A DNA stretch of 64,000 nt, taken from assembly GCA_049970055.1 (NCBI GenBank), contig JBMFNR010000001.1, positions 256,001 to 320,000 on the forward strand, given 5' to 3'. Positions 37,011 to 46,374 of this stretch are shown here, piece by piece (the first letter of the stretch is position 1; every line of letters begins with the position of its first letter). This DNA is from Fervidobacterium sp. GTDB lineage: Bacteria > Thermotogota > Thermotogae > Thermotogales > Fervidobacteriaceae. A program made the position numbers and the translations under genes. Under the pieces are notes generated by a model. That model had not been told where the DNA came from, made no database searches, and saw nothing but the letters and a program-made list of their open reading frames with translations.

Positions 37011-38429
37011 TTAAAAGTACAATTTTCTTACATCATCGTAAACATCAAAGAAGACTTTTACAACCGTTGGATCAAATTTAACACCTATATTTTTCCTGAT
37101 ATATTCGATTACGTCTTCTTCTTTCCATGCGGGTCGGTAAACTCTATTGGATAGCAGTGCATCATAAACATCTATCAAACTAACTATCCTTGCTTCCAAT
37201 GGAATCTCCTCACTTTTTAGTCCGTTCGGGTAGCCGCTCCCATCCCAATTTTCATGATGATTAAGTGCCACACTAGCGGCAAGTTGGAAAATTGGATGTT
37301 TAACTGTAGATAATATCTTGTAGCCAATTAAGGTATGCTCTTTCATAATTTCAAATTCTTCATTTGTTAATTGACCTGGTTTTGAAAGTATTGCATCGGG
37401 AATACCTATTTTCCCAACATCGTGCAGCATTGCAGCTATTTCAAACATGTTTACAAATTCTGAACTGTAGCCGAAAAATTGCGCCAAGAATTTCGATAAT
37501 CTTCCCATCCTTTTGACATGTTCACCTGTTTCAACAGAACGAGTTTCGGTAACTTCTGAAATGATGTAAACGATCTCGTAAAGTGTATCTATCAAATCCT
37601 GGGTTAGAAGGTGGTTTTCCACCACCAACGCAAAACGTTCGAAGAATGTTTCAACTAGTGATCGATGAAAATCATCTAAAGACTGGGAAAAGTTTACATT
37701 TATCAAAGAATATTCATTTATCTTGTTTCTAAACCTTATCCTTAATTGATTTTCAGATTCCCAATGCAAGTGTGAATTTGAATTTTGGACGTGGTTTTCG
37801 TAAGCTGTTGTTTGATGAGTAAAGCTGAGACTGTTACTAAGAATGATGGATATATTGTCCAGTGCCTCAGTCAGAAGATCTATGTACTTTATTTCTGTTA
37901 GTTTATTTGAGACCATCGATGTGTAAAAATTCAACCTTTCAAGTAATTTTCTTTGTGTTTCGATCATCGTTATGTATTTGTACTCTCTCAACTTTGCAAC
38001 TAAGAGTGTGAATAAACCGTTGCTTGAAAGTTCGGATTTTTCCCTGTAATCGTTTATATCGTATTTGAGAATGACCTCTCTTGGTGGAGCGTAACCTGGT
38101 TGACCTGTTCTAATGACAAGTCGAATCTTCGTGTTTCCTAGTTTTTCCCTGATGTAGCTTACCAAATCCAGACCTGAGTTGTCCTTTTCCATAACAACAT
38201 CGATTAGTGCAACGGCAATGTCTGGAACATTTTCAAGTATTTCCATTGCTTCATTCGAAGAATACGCACTGTAAACCTTCACTGGTTTGTTCTCAAAGAT
38301 TATATCTTTTGCTATTATTGATGTAACAGCATGTACGTCGGGTTCATCATCGACTACAAGCACTTTCCAAGGTTTGCCAAAAATATTTTTTTCTTGCCCT
38401 TTCTTCAAAAAATCTGGAGTCATAAGCAC
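37011..38429 (-). CDS. Response regulator with HD-GYP c-di-GMP phosphodiesterase domain (DUF3369-like)
   Basis: VVDDEPDVH, DVVME, RTGQPGYAP receiver; ETGEHVKR, HDVGKIG, HHENWDGSGYP. Confidence 0.92.
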   Translation of the reverse strand: MLMTPDFLKKGQEKNIFGKPWKVLVVDDEPDVHAVTSIIAKDIIFENKPVKVYSAYSSNEAMEILENVPDIAVALIDVVMEKDNSGLDLVSYIREKLGNTKIRLVIRTGQPGYAPPREVILKYDINDYREKSELSSNGLFTLLVAKLREYKYITMIETQRKLLERLNFYTSMVSNKLTEIKYIDLLTEALDNISIILSNSLSFTHQTTAYENHVQNSNSHLHWESENQLRIRFRNKINEYSLINVNFSQSLDDFHRSLVETFFERFALVVENHLLTQDLIDTLYEIVYIISEVTETRSVETGEHVKRMGRLSKFLAQFFGYSSEFVNMFEIAAMLHDVGKIGIPDAILSKPGQLTNEEFEIMKEHTLIGYKILSTVKHPIFQLAASVALNHHENWDGSGYPNGLKSEEIPLEARIVSLIDVYDALLSNRVYRPAWKEEDVIEYIRKNIGVKFDPTVVKVFFDVYDDVRKLYF

Positions 38430-38451
38430 ACCTACCTTAAAAAAGATACTT

Positions 38452-39774
38452 TTACTCTTCGATGGGCACCGTTATTTTGAATTTTGTACCTCTCATCTTT
38501 TCACTTTCCAGTTCTATATCTCCTTTGAGTACATCCACCACTAACTGATAAACTATACTAAGCCCAAGCCCACTGCCAGAATACGTGTTAGTACTATAAA
38601 ATGGTTCGAATGCACGTCTTTTTGTTTCTTCATCCATTCCTTTTCCGTCATCGGAAAATTCCATAACCATAGACGAACCCACTTTTTTAAAAGTGATATT
38701 TATTGTTCCTTGGTTATCGTAATCAAAGGCATGCACAATTGCATTATCAATTAAATTCATAATTATCTGAGCCCATGCACCTGGAACGGTCTTAACTTCC
38801 AAATCATCCGGTACATCCACTTTTACATTTATCTTTGTTTTCCTAAGTTTTGGATGCATTATATTTAGGATATCTTGAACGATGCCTTTCATTTTTACCA
38901 TTGAATAGCTTTGGTTCACTTCGTTTACAACTACTTTCTTTAAACTTTGGACAAGTTCTTTTATTCTCTGAGTATTTCTAATCATAATGTTTGTTAAATC
39001 ATCGCAAATGGCAAGGCAATCTCTGAGCTCTTCCTCCGTAAGTTCGTTGTTATCCAATTGGTTCTTTACGTATGTTAGTCTGTCCCTCATATCTGTGAGT
39101 GATGAGTATATGATGCCTGTTGGTGTGTTCACATCGTGGGCTATGTTCATCATCAACTTTCCAAGTGCGGCCATTTTTTCGGAGTTAATGACTTTTTGTT
39201 GAGTTTCCTCCAATTCGGTGAGCGTACTTTCCAATTCACTGTTAATGTCGTTAAGTTCGCCGATGAGTTCGTTGAGTTTCTGGTTTTTTTGGAAATTTTT
39301 TAGCAGCAACAGAAACATAAAATAAAGTGTTGTAAAAATTAAAGATAACGTGAACAAAAATTTTGTACGTTCAAAGTACGAATATTCGAAAACAACGCGT
39401 CCGGCAAGGAAGCCCTTGTACATCATACGGTATTCTTTGAACTTTGTTCTAAGACCGAATATAGAATGAAATATTGTAATTTTCTCCTCTTTTGATACGT
39501 TTCCAAGCTCTTCACCTTTATCATCATAAACTTTGATAGATATAATCGCTTTCTTTTCAATCATTGGACTCAAAACCTTCAGAACAAGTTCTTTGTTAAG
39601 CGTCCAGGAAGGGTAAGTGAGGGATTCTGTAAAAGATTTGAATACCGTATCAAGCTCATCTTCCAATTTTTTTAAGTAGCTATTTGAAAGTAGTACAAAT
39701 GATAGAATTAAAACGCCAGCAAATATGGTGTGTACAACGTTGTAGAGATTTTTAATATTTAATATTTTTTTCAT
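38452..39774 (-). CDS. Membrane sensor histidine kinase
   Basis: Two TMs, coiled coil, EKMAALG..AHDVNTP H-box, NLIDNA, DDGKG, FEPF, GSGLGL. Confidence 0.93.
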   Translation of the reverse strand: MKKILNIKNLYNVVHTIFAGVLILSFVLLSNSYLKKLEDELDTVFKSFTESLTYPSWTLNKELVLKVLSPMIEKKAIISIKVYDDKGEELGNVSKEEKITIFHSIFGLRTKFKEYRMMYKGFLAGRVVFEYSYFERTKFLFTLSLIFTTLYFMFLLLLKNFQKNQKLNELIGELNDINSELESTLTELEETQQKVINSEKMAALGKLMMNIAHDVNTPTGIIYSSLTDMRDRLTYVKNQLDNNELTEEELRDCLAICDDLTNIMIRNTQRIKELVQSLKKVVVNEVNQSYSMVKMKGIVQDILNIMHPKLRKTKINVKVDVPDDLEVKTVPGAWAQIIMNLIDNAIVHAFDYDNQGTINITFKKVGSSMVMEFSDDGKGMDEETKRRAFEPFYSTNTYSGSGLGLSIVYQLVVDVLKGDIELESEKMRGTKFKITVPIEE

Positions 39775-39816
39775 TAATCTCACCTCGTAAAAAAGTATAC
39801 TGAGTCCAATAACATT

Positions 39817-41262
39817 TTACCACAAATCATTGTAATCTATTCCATACGACTTTAATATGCTTTTGTATTCATTGGTTTTTTTAAACTTTTTTAGTTCGCT
39901 TGAAAAAATCTCGGCCAAATACGCTCCGTGGTAATTTTTTGAGAACGCAAGGTAGTATATCATTTTACCATTAAAATTTTTCGAATATACCACATCTTTT
40001 TGGATTCCCAGTTCTTTTGTTAGTTCTTTTCCTACAAGTAGGTTGCAGACGAACAAATCGATACGTCCATCTTTCAATAACCTAAATCCCGTTACATCAT
40101 CTGGTACCGGTTCTTTTCTGAACGGTCCATTCCAAAACCAATCTCCGTAAGCGTATCCTACAGTATACGCACAAATAGTATCCTTTGGGATTTTATATAA
40201 TGCTGAAAGATCTATATTCTTATTTTTCATCTTCCAAAGCACATCTACGCCTGTGCTAAGCGGTTCTTTTGGATAAATCAAATACTCTTCTCTTTCCTTT
40301 GTAATTCTCAAAGACATTATTCCATCGTAAGCTCCAACCTTCATAGCTTCCAAACAGCGTTCCCATGGCAAATTTATGTAAGACACTTCAAATCCTAAAT
40401 TAGAAAAGACTGCTTTTACAGTATCTACATCTATCCCTTTCCATTTACTGTCTTTAGGGTCAAACCATTCGTAAGGTTTCCAATCAATTGACAGTACCTC
40501 AACAACATTTCCAGCAAGTACATACCCTTGAATATTGTATCTCTCCAAAATCTTTCTAATAGTATTTTTCAAATACAAGTTTTTTATAGCTTGCTCTATC
40601 TTCGTAGATAATGATTTATCTACTTTGTTGCTCAGTACTATGTAATGGTAATACTTCTCAGTGAGTGATTTAACAGCTTCGTATTTTTCAGGATTGTGAT
40701 TTATCACATAACCAAGTGAAAGTGACGAGTAAAATATCGTATCGATTTGATTCTTATCAAGAGCACTGAGTGCTTCTGGTAGATTCTTAAAATTTACAAC
40801 GTTGGTTCTACCAAACAATTTTGGCAAACGTTGTGAAGTGAGGGTCCCTTCAATTGCACCAACTTTAACGACAGGTAGTGACAAAAGCTTATCAGAAAAT
40901 CCTTTTTTCGTGATAAACATCTCTCTGAGCCCGTAGAGCGGCAAAGGTATATACTTTGCTGACTTTTCTCGTTCCTGCGAATAACCTGCGCCAACGAATA
41001 TCTGAATTTCATTCTTTTCAAGAGCGTTGAATATTTCCTTTACTGTGTATAAATTATTCGATTTATACACTATCTGTATATCGTCTTTTCTTAGCTCTTT
41101 ATTCAACTCGGATATCAGATCATTACAAAAGCCGATTACATCACTGCCAACTTTCATATACTTAGGCATTACATCTTGCGGGTATGTGTAAAGTATTGCC
41201 GCGTACGGTGAAGAAACTAGTATGAAAATCAACATGTAGAGAAAGAAAATCTTTGATTTCAT
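39817..41262 (-). CDS. Secreted tandem family-3 solute-binding protein (two SBP domains)
   Basis: Signal peptide; PKYM..GF..D and WKPYE..GIDVD..LPWERC..ERE motifs in two halves. Confidence 0.85.
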   Translation of the reverse strand: MKSKIFFLYMLIFILVSSPYAAILYTYPQDVMPKYMKVGSDVIGFCNDLISELNKELRKDDIQIVYKSNNLYTVKEIFNALEKNEIQIFVGAGYSQEREKSAKYIPLPLYGLREMFITKKGFSDKLLSLPVVKVGAIEGTLTSQRLPKLFGRTNVVNFKNLPEALSALDKNQIDTIFYSSLSLGYVINHNPEKYEAVKSLTEKYYHYIVLSNKVDKSLSTKIEQAIKNLYLKNTIRKILERYNIQGYVLAGNVVEVLSIDWKPYEWFDPKDSKWKGIDVDTVKAVFSNLGFEVSYINLPWERCLEAMKVGAYDGIMSLRITKEREEYLIYPKEPLSTGVDVLWKMKNKNIDLSALYKIPKDTICAYTVGYAYGDWFWNGPFRKEPVPDDVTGFRLLKDGRIDLFVCNLLVGKELTKELGIQKDVVYSKNFNGKMIYYLAFSKNYHGAYLAEIFSSELKKFKKTNEYKSILKSYGIDYNDLW

Positions 41263-41266
41263 TGGA

Positions 41267-41625
41267 TCACCCTCTTTCCTTTACTCTATCATTAATCCAG
41301 CGAAAAATCCAACTTCGAAATCTCAGCACCATGACAACGATACTCAACAAAAAGGTAACAAAAAAAGCACCAGAAATGTCGATTATAACATCGTTAAGTG
41401 GAGAACTTCAATTGTAAAAAAGCTGGTTGTACTCATCAAGCACAGCAATAAATGCAGTAAGAAAAGTGCCAACAATTACAGAAATAATCCCGTCTTTCTT
41501 CCATAAAAAATAAGCATGGTTGAGATACTTCCCAAGACGGAGTATAAACCAAAATGTGCACTTATTCTAATAAACATTTCTGCCGGTACACTTGTGATAT
41601 TGAACCAAACATTAAACAAATCCAT
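41267..41625 (-). pseudogene. VanZ-family pseudogene (frameshift plus internal stop)
   Basis: Manual minus-strand translation: ...FIRISAHFGLYSVLG, frameshift near 41515, then ...AFIAVLDEYNQLFYN*SSPLNDVIIDISGA..., ending at TGA 41267-41269. Confidence 0.8.
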
Positions 41626-41842
41626 CACCACTTTATGGGGTTGTTAATATTATTATACTACTTAAATTATAGATTGAGAAAGTACATCTCGATAATAAAT
41701 ATAAAAAATCCCACAGGAAAATCCAAAAAAGATCAGAAAGTTTAGAAAAAATTATGTAATTAATTTTACAGCCTAAATTTTACTATTCTAACGGCTTCAT
41801 TCTATCCAATGTTGTATGGTAAAATGAAGGGAAAAGAATGAC

Positions 41843-41854
41843 GGTAACGTTACC
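41843..41854. promoter_or_regulatory. Perfect 12-bp palindrome GGTAACGTTACC, candidate LacI-family operator
   Basis: Lies just downstream of TGGTAAAAT (extended -10, 41817-41825) and upstream of the RBS of the lipoprotein gene. Confidence 0.55.
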
Positions 41855-41898
41855 AATGATAACCTTAATACCGATCAATGCACTTATGGGGGGAGTTT

Positions 41899-43455
41899 AT
41901 GCATAAAAGATTCTGGAATTATCTTTGGTTCACAGTAGTTATCATGATTGTCTTTGTGCTATTTAGTTGCAGTAGTTATCACATCAAAAGTGGAGCAAGC
42001 GAAGGTAATATCTCAGAACTTGAGGGTGCGGTTATTATTCAGCCAAACATGAAAGATACGAATGCAGAAATCCTTGCAACTAATCTTCCGGAATACGATG
42101 TTTCTGTAATCTTTGGAGTGAATTTTGGAAAAGCAATTGCGAGCACAGATCTCTCTACTTTTGTCAAGTTGATAAAAAGTGACACAAGTGAAAATCTTGA
42201 AATCCAAGTGTATTTGTCAGATGATAAGAAAACACTTTTCATCAAACCGATTTTCAGATTTATACCAGGGAGTTCGGAAGTGATAACCAACGGGTTGAAG
42301 CCAGGATATGCTTACAGAATCGTTGTGAGTAGGTATCTTAAATTCTTAGATGGAAGCATCCTTGGGTATGATTATTTCTATGATTTCAAAACAAAAGATC
42401 TTGATTACGGTATATATTGGTGTGCATCAGACGGTAGAGCGGAAAAATTTATTGCGGGCAGAAAAAATTCATACTTCGATCCGACTAAACCATCGGTGAT
42501 ATACATACACGGTTGGCAAAAAGATACAACGTTAAGAGATTATTTTAGAGAATATCCATACTTTATTATCACTTCCAGTGTGAAAAATATTGATACTGGC
42601 AGGTTTTGGATTAACAAAGGTTTCAATATTGGTGTATTTTTTTGGAATCAATTTGCCGATGAATCAGAAGTGAAAGATGCGGAAGCCAAAATTTGGTTTT
42701 ACAACAACGGATACAAAAATATGAGATACAGACTTTACGATGGATCATACAAAGATTTTGCGCTTCCGAAAAGTGTCGGAGATTTAGCATTCGAAGAGTT
42801 TGTTAAAAACTTCTCTAATTATAATGGATCAGAAATCAGAATTGTTGGACATTCTTTGGGTAACCAACTCGCGACACTTCTTACCTATAAGGTTCATCAA
42901 GCAATAAAGTCAGGGCAATTGCCACAGAATGTTATGCCAAAAAGACTTGTATTGTTGGATCCATTCTGGAGTAAATATGGAAAGTCATATCTCGGGGGAA
43001 AGACAACAAGTGAAATTTCGTCAAATTATGTGAGAGAAATGATAGAGCAAAGGGGCTTAGCTGTAGAAATGTACAAAAGTAGTATGCTCGGAGGTTACCT
43101 TGTTGGTGACGAAAATGCAGCTATGAAGAGTATAGTTGCATTTTACAGGTTATGGCCAGATTTTATTGCGCTTAATCCCGTTGAACAGCATGGATACGCG
43201 GTTGTGTGGTATTTTTGGTCGATGGCAGGGTTAGTTAATGGTTATGGATACAAATTTGGTGCAGCAACAAGTGCTGATTCTGTAAAAGCAATGATGAATT
43301 GGGATTGGTCAAAAAATTTACCTCTTTCGAAAGACAAGCTGAAGATGTGGTATACAGAAGGCGATGGGAACAAGACCCCTACACCACTTGATGATTATTT
43401 CGTTTTGAAATCCGGTGTGAGTACCTGGAATGACGAAATAGACACAAATTACTAA
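41899..43455 (+). CDS. Lipoprotein with Ig-like domain and alpha/beta hydrolase domain
   Basis: Lipobox LFSC; Ig-like segment (DKKTLFIKP..LKPGYAYRIVV..DFKT); YIHGW, GHSLG, LLDP. Confidence 0.75.
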   Translation: MHKRFWNYLWFTVVIMIVFVLFSCSSYHIKSGASEGNISELEGAVIIQPNMKDTNAEILATNLPEYDVSVIFGVNFGKAIASTDLSTFVKLIKSDTSENLEIQVYLSDDKKTLFIKPIFRFIPGSSEVITNGLKPGYAYRIVVSRYLKFLDGSILGYDYFYDFKTKDLDYGIYWCASDGRAEKFIAGRKNSYFDPTKPSVIYIHGWQKDTTLRDYFREYPYFIITSSVKNIDTGRFWINKGFNIGVFFWNQFADESEVKDAEAKIWFYNNGYKNMRYRLYDGSYKDFALPKSVGDLAFEEFVKNFSNYNGSEIRIVGHSLGNQLATLLTYKVHQAIKSGQLPQNVMPKRLVLLDPFWSKYGKSYLGGKTTSEISSNYVREMIEQRGLAVEMYKSSMLGGYLVGDENAAMKSIVAFYRLWPDFIALNPVEQHGYAVVWYFWSMAGLVNGYGYKFGAATSADSVKAMMNWDWSKNLPLSKDKLKMWYTEGDGNKTPTPLDDYFVLKSGVSTWNDEIDTNY

Positions 43456-43465
43456 ATTAAAAAAT

Positions 43466-43498
43466 AAAAACCCCGCACTATTATGTGCGGGTTTTTTT
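43466..43498. terminator. Bidirectional intrinsic terminator
   Basis: aaaaac-cccgcac-tattat-gtgcggg-ttttttt. Confidence 0.8.
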
Positions 43499-43513
43499 CT
43501 TAACAATGTGAAC

Positions 43514-44839
43514 TTAAACATTTCCAGCTATATCGAGCTCACTTATCAAGATAGAAGGAACCACCATACCATTCAGACCTATGAAACCTCTTAAATCAGA
43601 GCCAACTTCTTCTATCATATTAAGCAATTCAAGGAAGTTTCCAGATATTGTTATCTGCTCAACACCATGTACTATCTCTCCATTTTCAACCTTCAGACCT
43701 TTAGCGCCAAGTGAGAAATTGCCGGATATTGGGTTCGCACCTGAGTGCATACCTTCAACTTCGATTATAACAATTCCATCGCCAAGTGCTTTGAGAAGCT
43801 TTTGGAAATCCTTCTCACCAGGTTTTACGAACAAATTGATAGGTGATATGGTCGTACCGTAAGCGTTACCTGTAGGTTCTACACCGTCTTTCTTTGCCGT
43901 TTTTAAATTATGCAAGAAGGTTCTTAGTACTCCTTTTTCGATAATCACTTTTTCCTTTGTTGGTACACCTTGACTATCAAATGGCGTAGCAATGATACTT
44001 AGCGGGTGCGAGGGTAGATCTTCTATCGTAAGCTTTTCAGAAGCTATTATCTCTTCTAACTTCCCTTTAAGTGGTGAGAGATTTTTATGTACATTATCGG
44101 CATTTATCATCGACACAAGCATACCAAGTATGTCGGAAAAGACATCGTTCCTTAATATAACGCGGTACTTTCCGCTCTTAACTGATTTCGAACCTATCAA
44201 TGCGATTGCTTCGTCTTTCGCTTTTGAACCGACGCGTTCTGGGTTTATTTCGGTTGGTTTTTTAGCGACTGCAAATTCGAAACCGGATCTTGGTGAAGTA
44301 TCTTTTGCAACCGCCATTGCGTACATGAAACCTCCGCCATTTGTGAAGGACACATCAAGCCCAAGTGTGTTGACAATCTTAGATTCGCTCATCTGATCTG
44401 AATACACAGCCATGTCGTTAATTATCCTTTCATCTTCTCTAATTTTCTTATGCACTATTTCGACAAAACTTAATCTTTGCTTGACTGAGAGATTTTCAAA
44501 ACATCCACTGTACGGCTCAATCTTTGGATAATCTCCACTGCCATCGTGAAAATACTCAACATCTTCTGTGTCCACGATGGATATATTTTCATACGCATCC
44601 ATGAAAACTTTTTCCGGATCTTCGATCGTCTCCGTGTAAGAAACACCTAACTTCCCTGCTTTAATCACTTGGACATTGATACGGAACTTCTCTGCATCCG
44701 TATATTGATCCATTGAACCATTTTGGTATCTCACTTGAAAATTTCTGCTTTTTGAATAGCTGATTTGGACTTCGACATTCTTTTCCTTTGCAAGAGCAAA
44801 TATTTTGTCTTTGAATTCTTCAAAACTTGTTGGCCTCAT
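43514..44839 (-). CDS. pmbA: PmbA/TldE family protein
   Basis: PFDSQG, GMHSGANPISGNFS; lacks HEXXH; adjacent to tldD. Confidence 0.9.
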   Translation of the reverse strand: MRPTSFEEFKDKIFALAKEKNVEVQISYSKSRNFQVRYQNGSMDQYTDAEKFRINVQVIKAGKLGVSYTETIEDPEKVFMDAYENISIVDTEDVEYFHDGSGDYPKIEPYSGCFENLSVKQRLSFVEIVHKKIREDERIINDMAVYSDQMSESKIVNTLGLDVSFTNGGGFMYAMAVAKDTSPRSGFEFAVAKKPTEINPERVGSKAKDEAIALIGSKSVKSGKYRVILRNDVFSDILGMLVSMINADNVHKNLSPLKGKLEEIIASEKLTIEDLPSHPLSIIATPFDSQGVPTKEKVIIEKGVLRTFLHNLKTAKKDGVEPTGNAYGTTISPINLFVKPGEKDFQKLLKALGDGIVIIEVEGMHSGANPISGNFSLGAKGLKVENGEIVHGVEQITISGNFLELLNMIEEVGSDLRGFIGLNGMVVPSILISELDIAGNV

Positions 44840-46236
44840 TTGCTTCGCCCCCCAACGATGATTTCACGCACCTTTATTGTTGGTTGTCCGACATCGGCAG
44901 GTATGGAACCACTGTAAGAACCGCACATTCCTTGTCCCCTTGCAACATCATTTCCAACCATTTCTATCTTTTGGATGATTTCGTAACCTTTTCCAATAAG
45001 TGTTGCCCCTTTAACAGGTTTGGTGATTTTGCCATGCTCAATCAGATACCCTTCGTTTACTGCAAAGTTAAATTCGCCGGTAGCAGGATTAACAGAACCT
45101 CCTCCCATCGTCTTTGCGTACAATCCGTAATCAACGGAAGCAATGATTTCCTCTGGGTGATAATCACCTGGGAGAATGAATGTATTGCTCATCCTTGATG
45201 TTGGTGCAAAAGTATAATCTTGTCTTCTTCCACTACCTGTTGATGGCATACCCATTCTTCTGGAACCGAGCTTATCTATCATATAACCTTTAAGAATACC
45301 TTTTTCGATCAGAACGATCCTTTGCGTTGGTGTACCTTCATCATCTATATTTGCGCTTCCCCAGGCATTCGGTATAGTCGCATCATCTACTGCACTCACG
45401 CACTCTGCGGCAACTTGCTGTCCAAGTTTACCAGCGAAAACGGACATTCCCCTGGCGACAGAGCTTGCCTCAAGTGCATGTCCAACTGCTTCATGGAAGA
45501 TAACTCCACCGAATTCATTTGAAATAACCACCGTCATTTTTCCGGCGGGAGCGGGTTCTGCATCCACCATCCTTGCAGCAATTCTTGCAGCTCTAACACC
45601 AGCCTGTTCAACATTAATCCGTTCCAAAAATTCAGGTCCCATAGCCGCTCCAGGTCCGTAAAATCCAGATTCCATCTGACCATCTTTTGTGGCAACGGCG
45701 TTTATCATAAGTCTTGTTCTAACACGGTTGTCCGTAACGTACACACCTTCCGAATTCGCTATTAAAACGTATTGATCGTAGTCCCAATAATTAACAACAA
45801 CTTGAGCAATAAGAGGAGAGTAATTCTTGGCAGCTTCGTAAGCTCTCTTCATGTACCCGACTTTTGCTTCTTTCTTTACTTGTTCAGGTTTTAGCAATAT
45901 GAAATGTCTGTTTTCTAACTCTTTCTTGCGTAAATTCAAAGTAAGTTCCCTAATCTTAACCTCACCAAGTGCTTCCCCCACTCTTTTTGCAACAGCCAAA
46001 ATATTTTCTCTTGACAAATCGTTTGTGTAAGCATATATTGCTTTGTCACCTAAGAACCCTCGTATTCCAACACCAAACATCCTACCAGTTTGTGCGTTTT
46101 CAACTCTACCGTTTTTTAATGAAATATTCGTTGAGTACCTATCCTCAACAAAAACTTCCGCAAAGTCACCACCGTATTTTAATACCGTGGCTATGATCTC
46201 CTCAACAAAACTCTTATCAAACCTGTCAAGCACCAT
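44836..46236 (-). CDS. tldD: TldD metalloprotease
   Basis: HEAVGHALE, DDEG, RMSNT, GQGMCG, GQP. Confidence 0.93.
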   Translation of the reverse strand: MVLDRFDKSFVEEIIATVLKYGGDFAEVFVEDRYSTNISLKNGRVENAQTGRMFGVGIRGFLGDKAIYAYTNDLSRENILAVAKRVGEALGEVKIRELTLNLRKKELENRHFILLKPEQVKKEAKVGYMKRAYEAAKNYSPLIAQVVVNYWDYDQYVLIANSEGVYVTDNRVRTRLMINAVATKDGQMESGFYGPGAAMGPEFLERINVEQAGVRAARIAARMVDAEPAPAGKMTVVISNEFGGVIFHEAVGHALEASSVARGMSVFAGKLGQQVAAECVSAVDDATIPNAWGSANIDDEGTPTQRIVLIEKGILKGYMIDKLGSRRMGMPSTGSGRRQDYTFAPTSRMSNTFILPGDYHPEEIIASVDYGLYAKTMGGGSVNPATGEFNFAVNEGYLIEHGKITKPVKGATLIGKGYEIIQKIEMVGNDVARGQGMCGSYSGSIPADVGQPTIKVREIIVGGRSK

Positions 46237-46312
46237 GAATCACCCCCAACAGTCGCATTGATACACAGTGGTTTCGTATACGTGAAATAATTCGTATACC
46301 GAACTTTTAATT

Positions 46313-46341
46313 ATCTTACAGGTACGTGTGAAAAAAGTCAA
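46313..46341 (-). promoter_or_regulatory. Sigma70-type promoter for tldD-pmbA
   Basis: TTGACT-N17-TAAGAT on the minus strand. Confidence 0.6.
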
Positions 46342-46374
46342 GCGCTTTTGGATCAAAAAATTGGTCAAAAACGG

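Noticed and set aside
41554..41745. 63-aa plus-strand ORF in the intergenic region
   Set aside because: No RBS or motif; partly antisense to the VanZ remnant.
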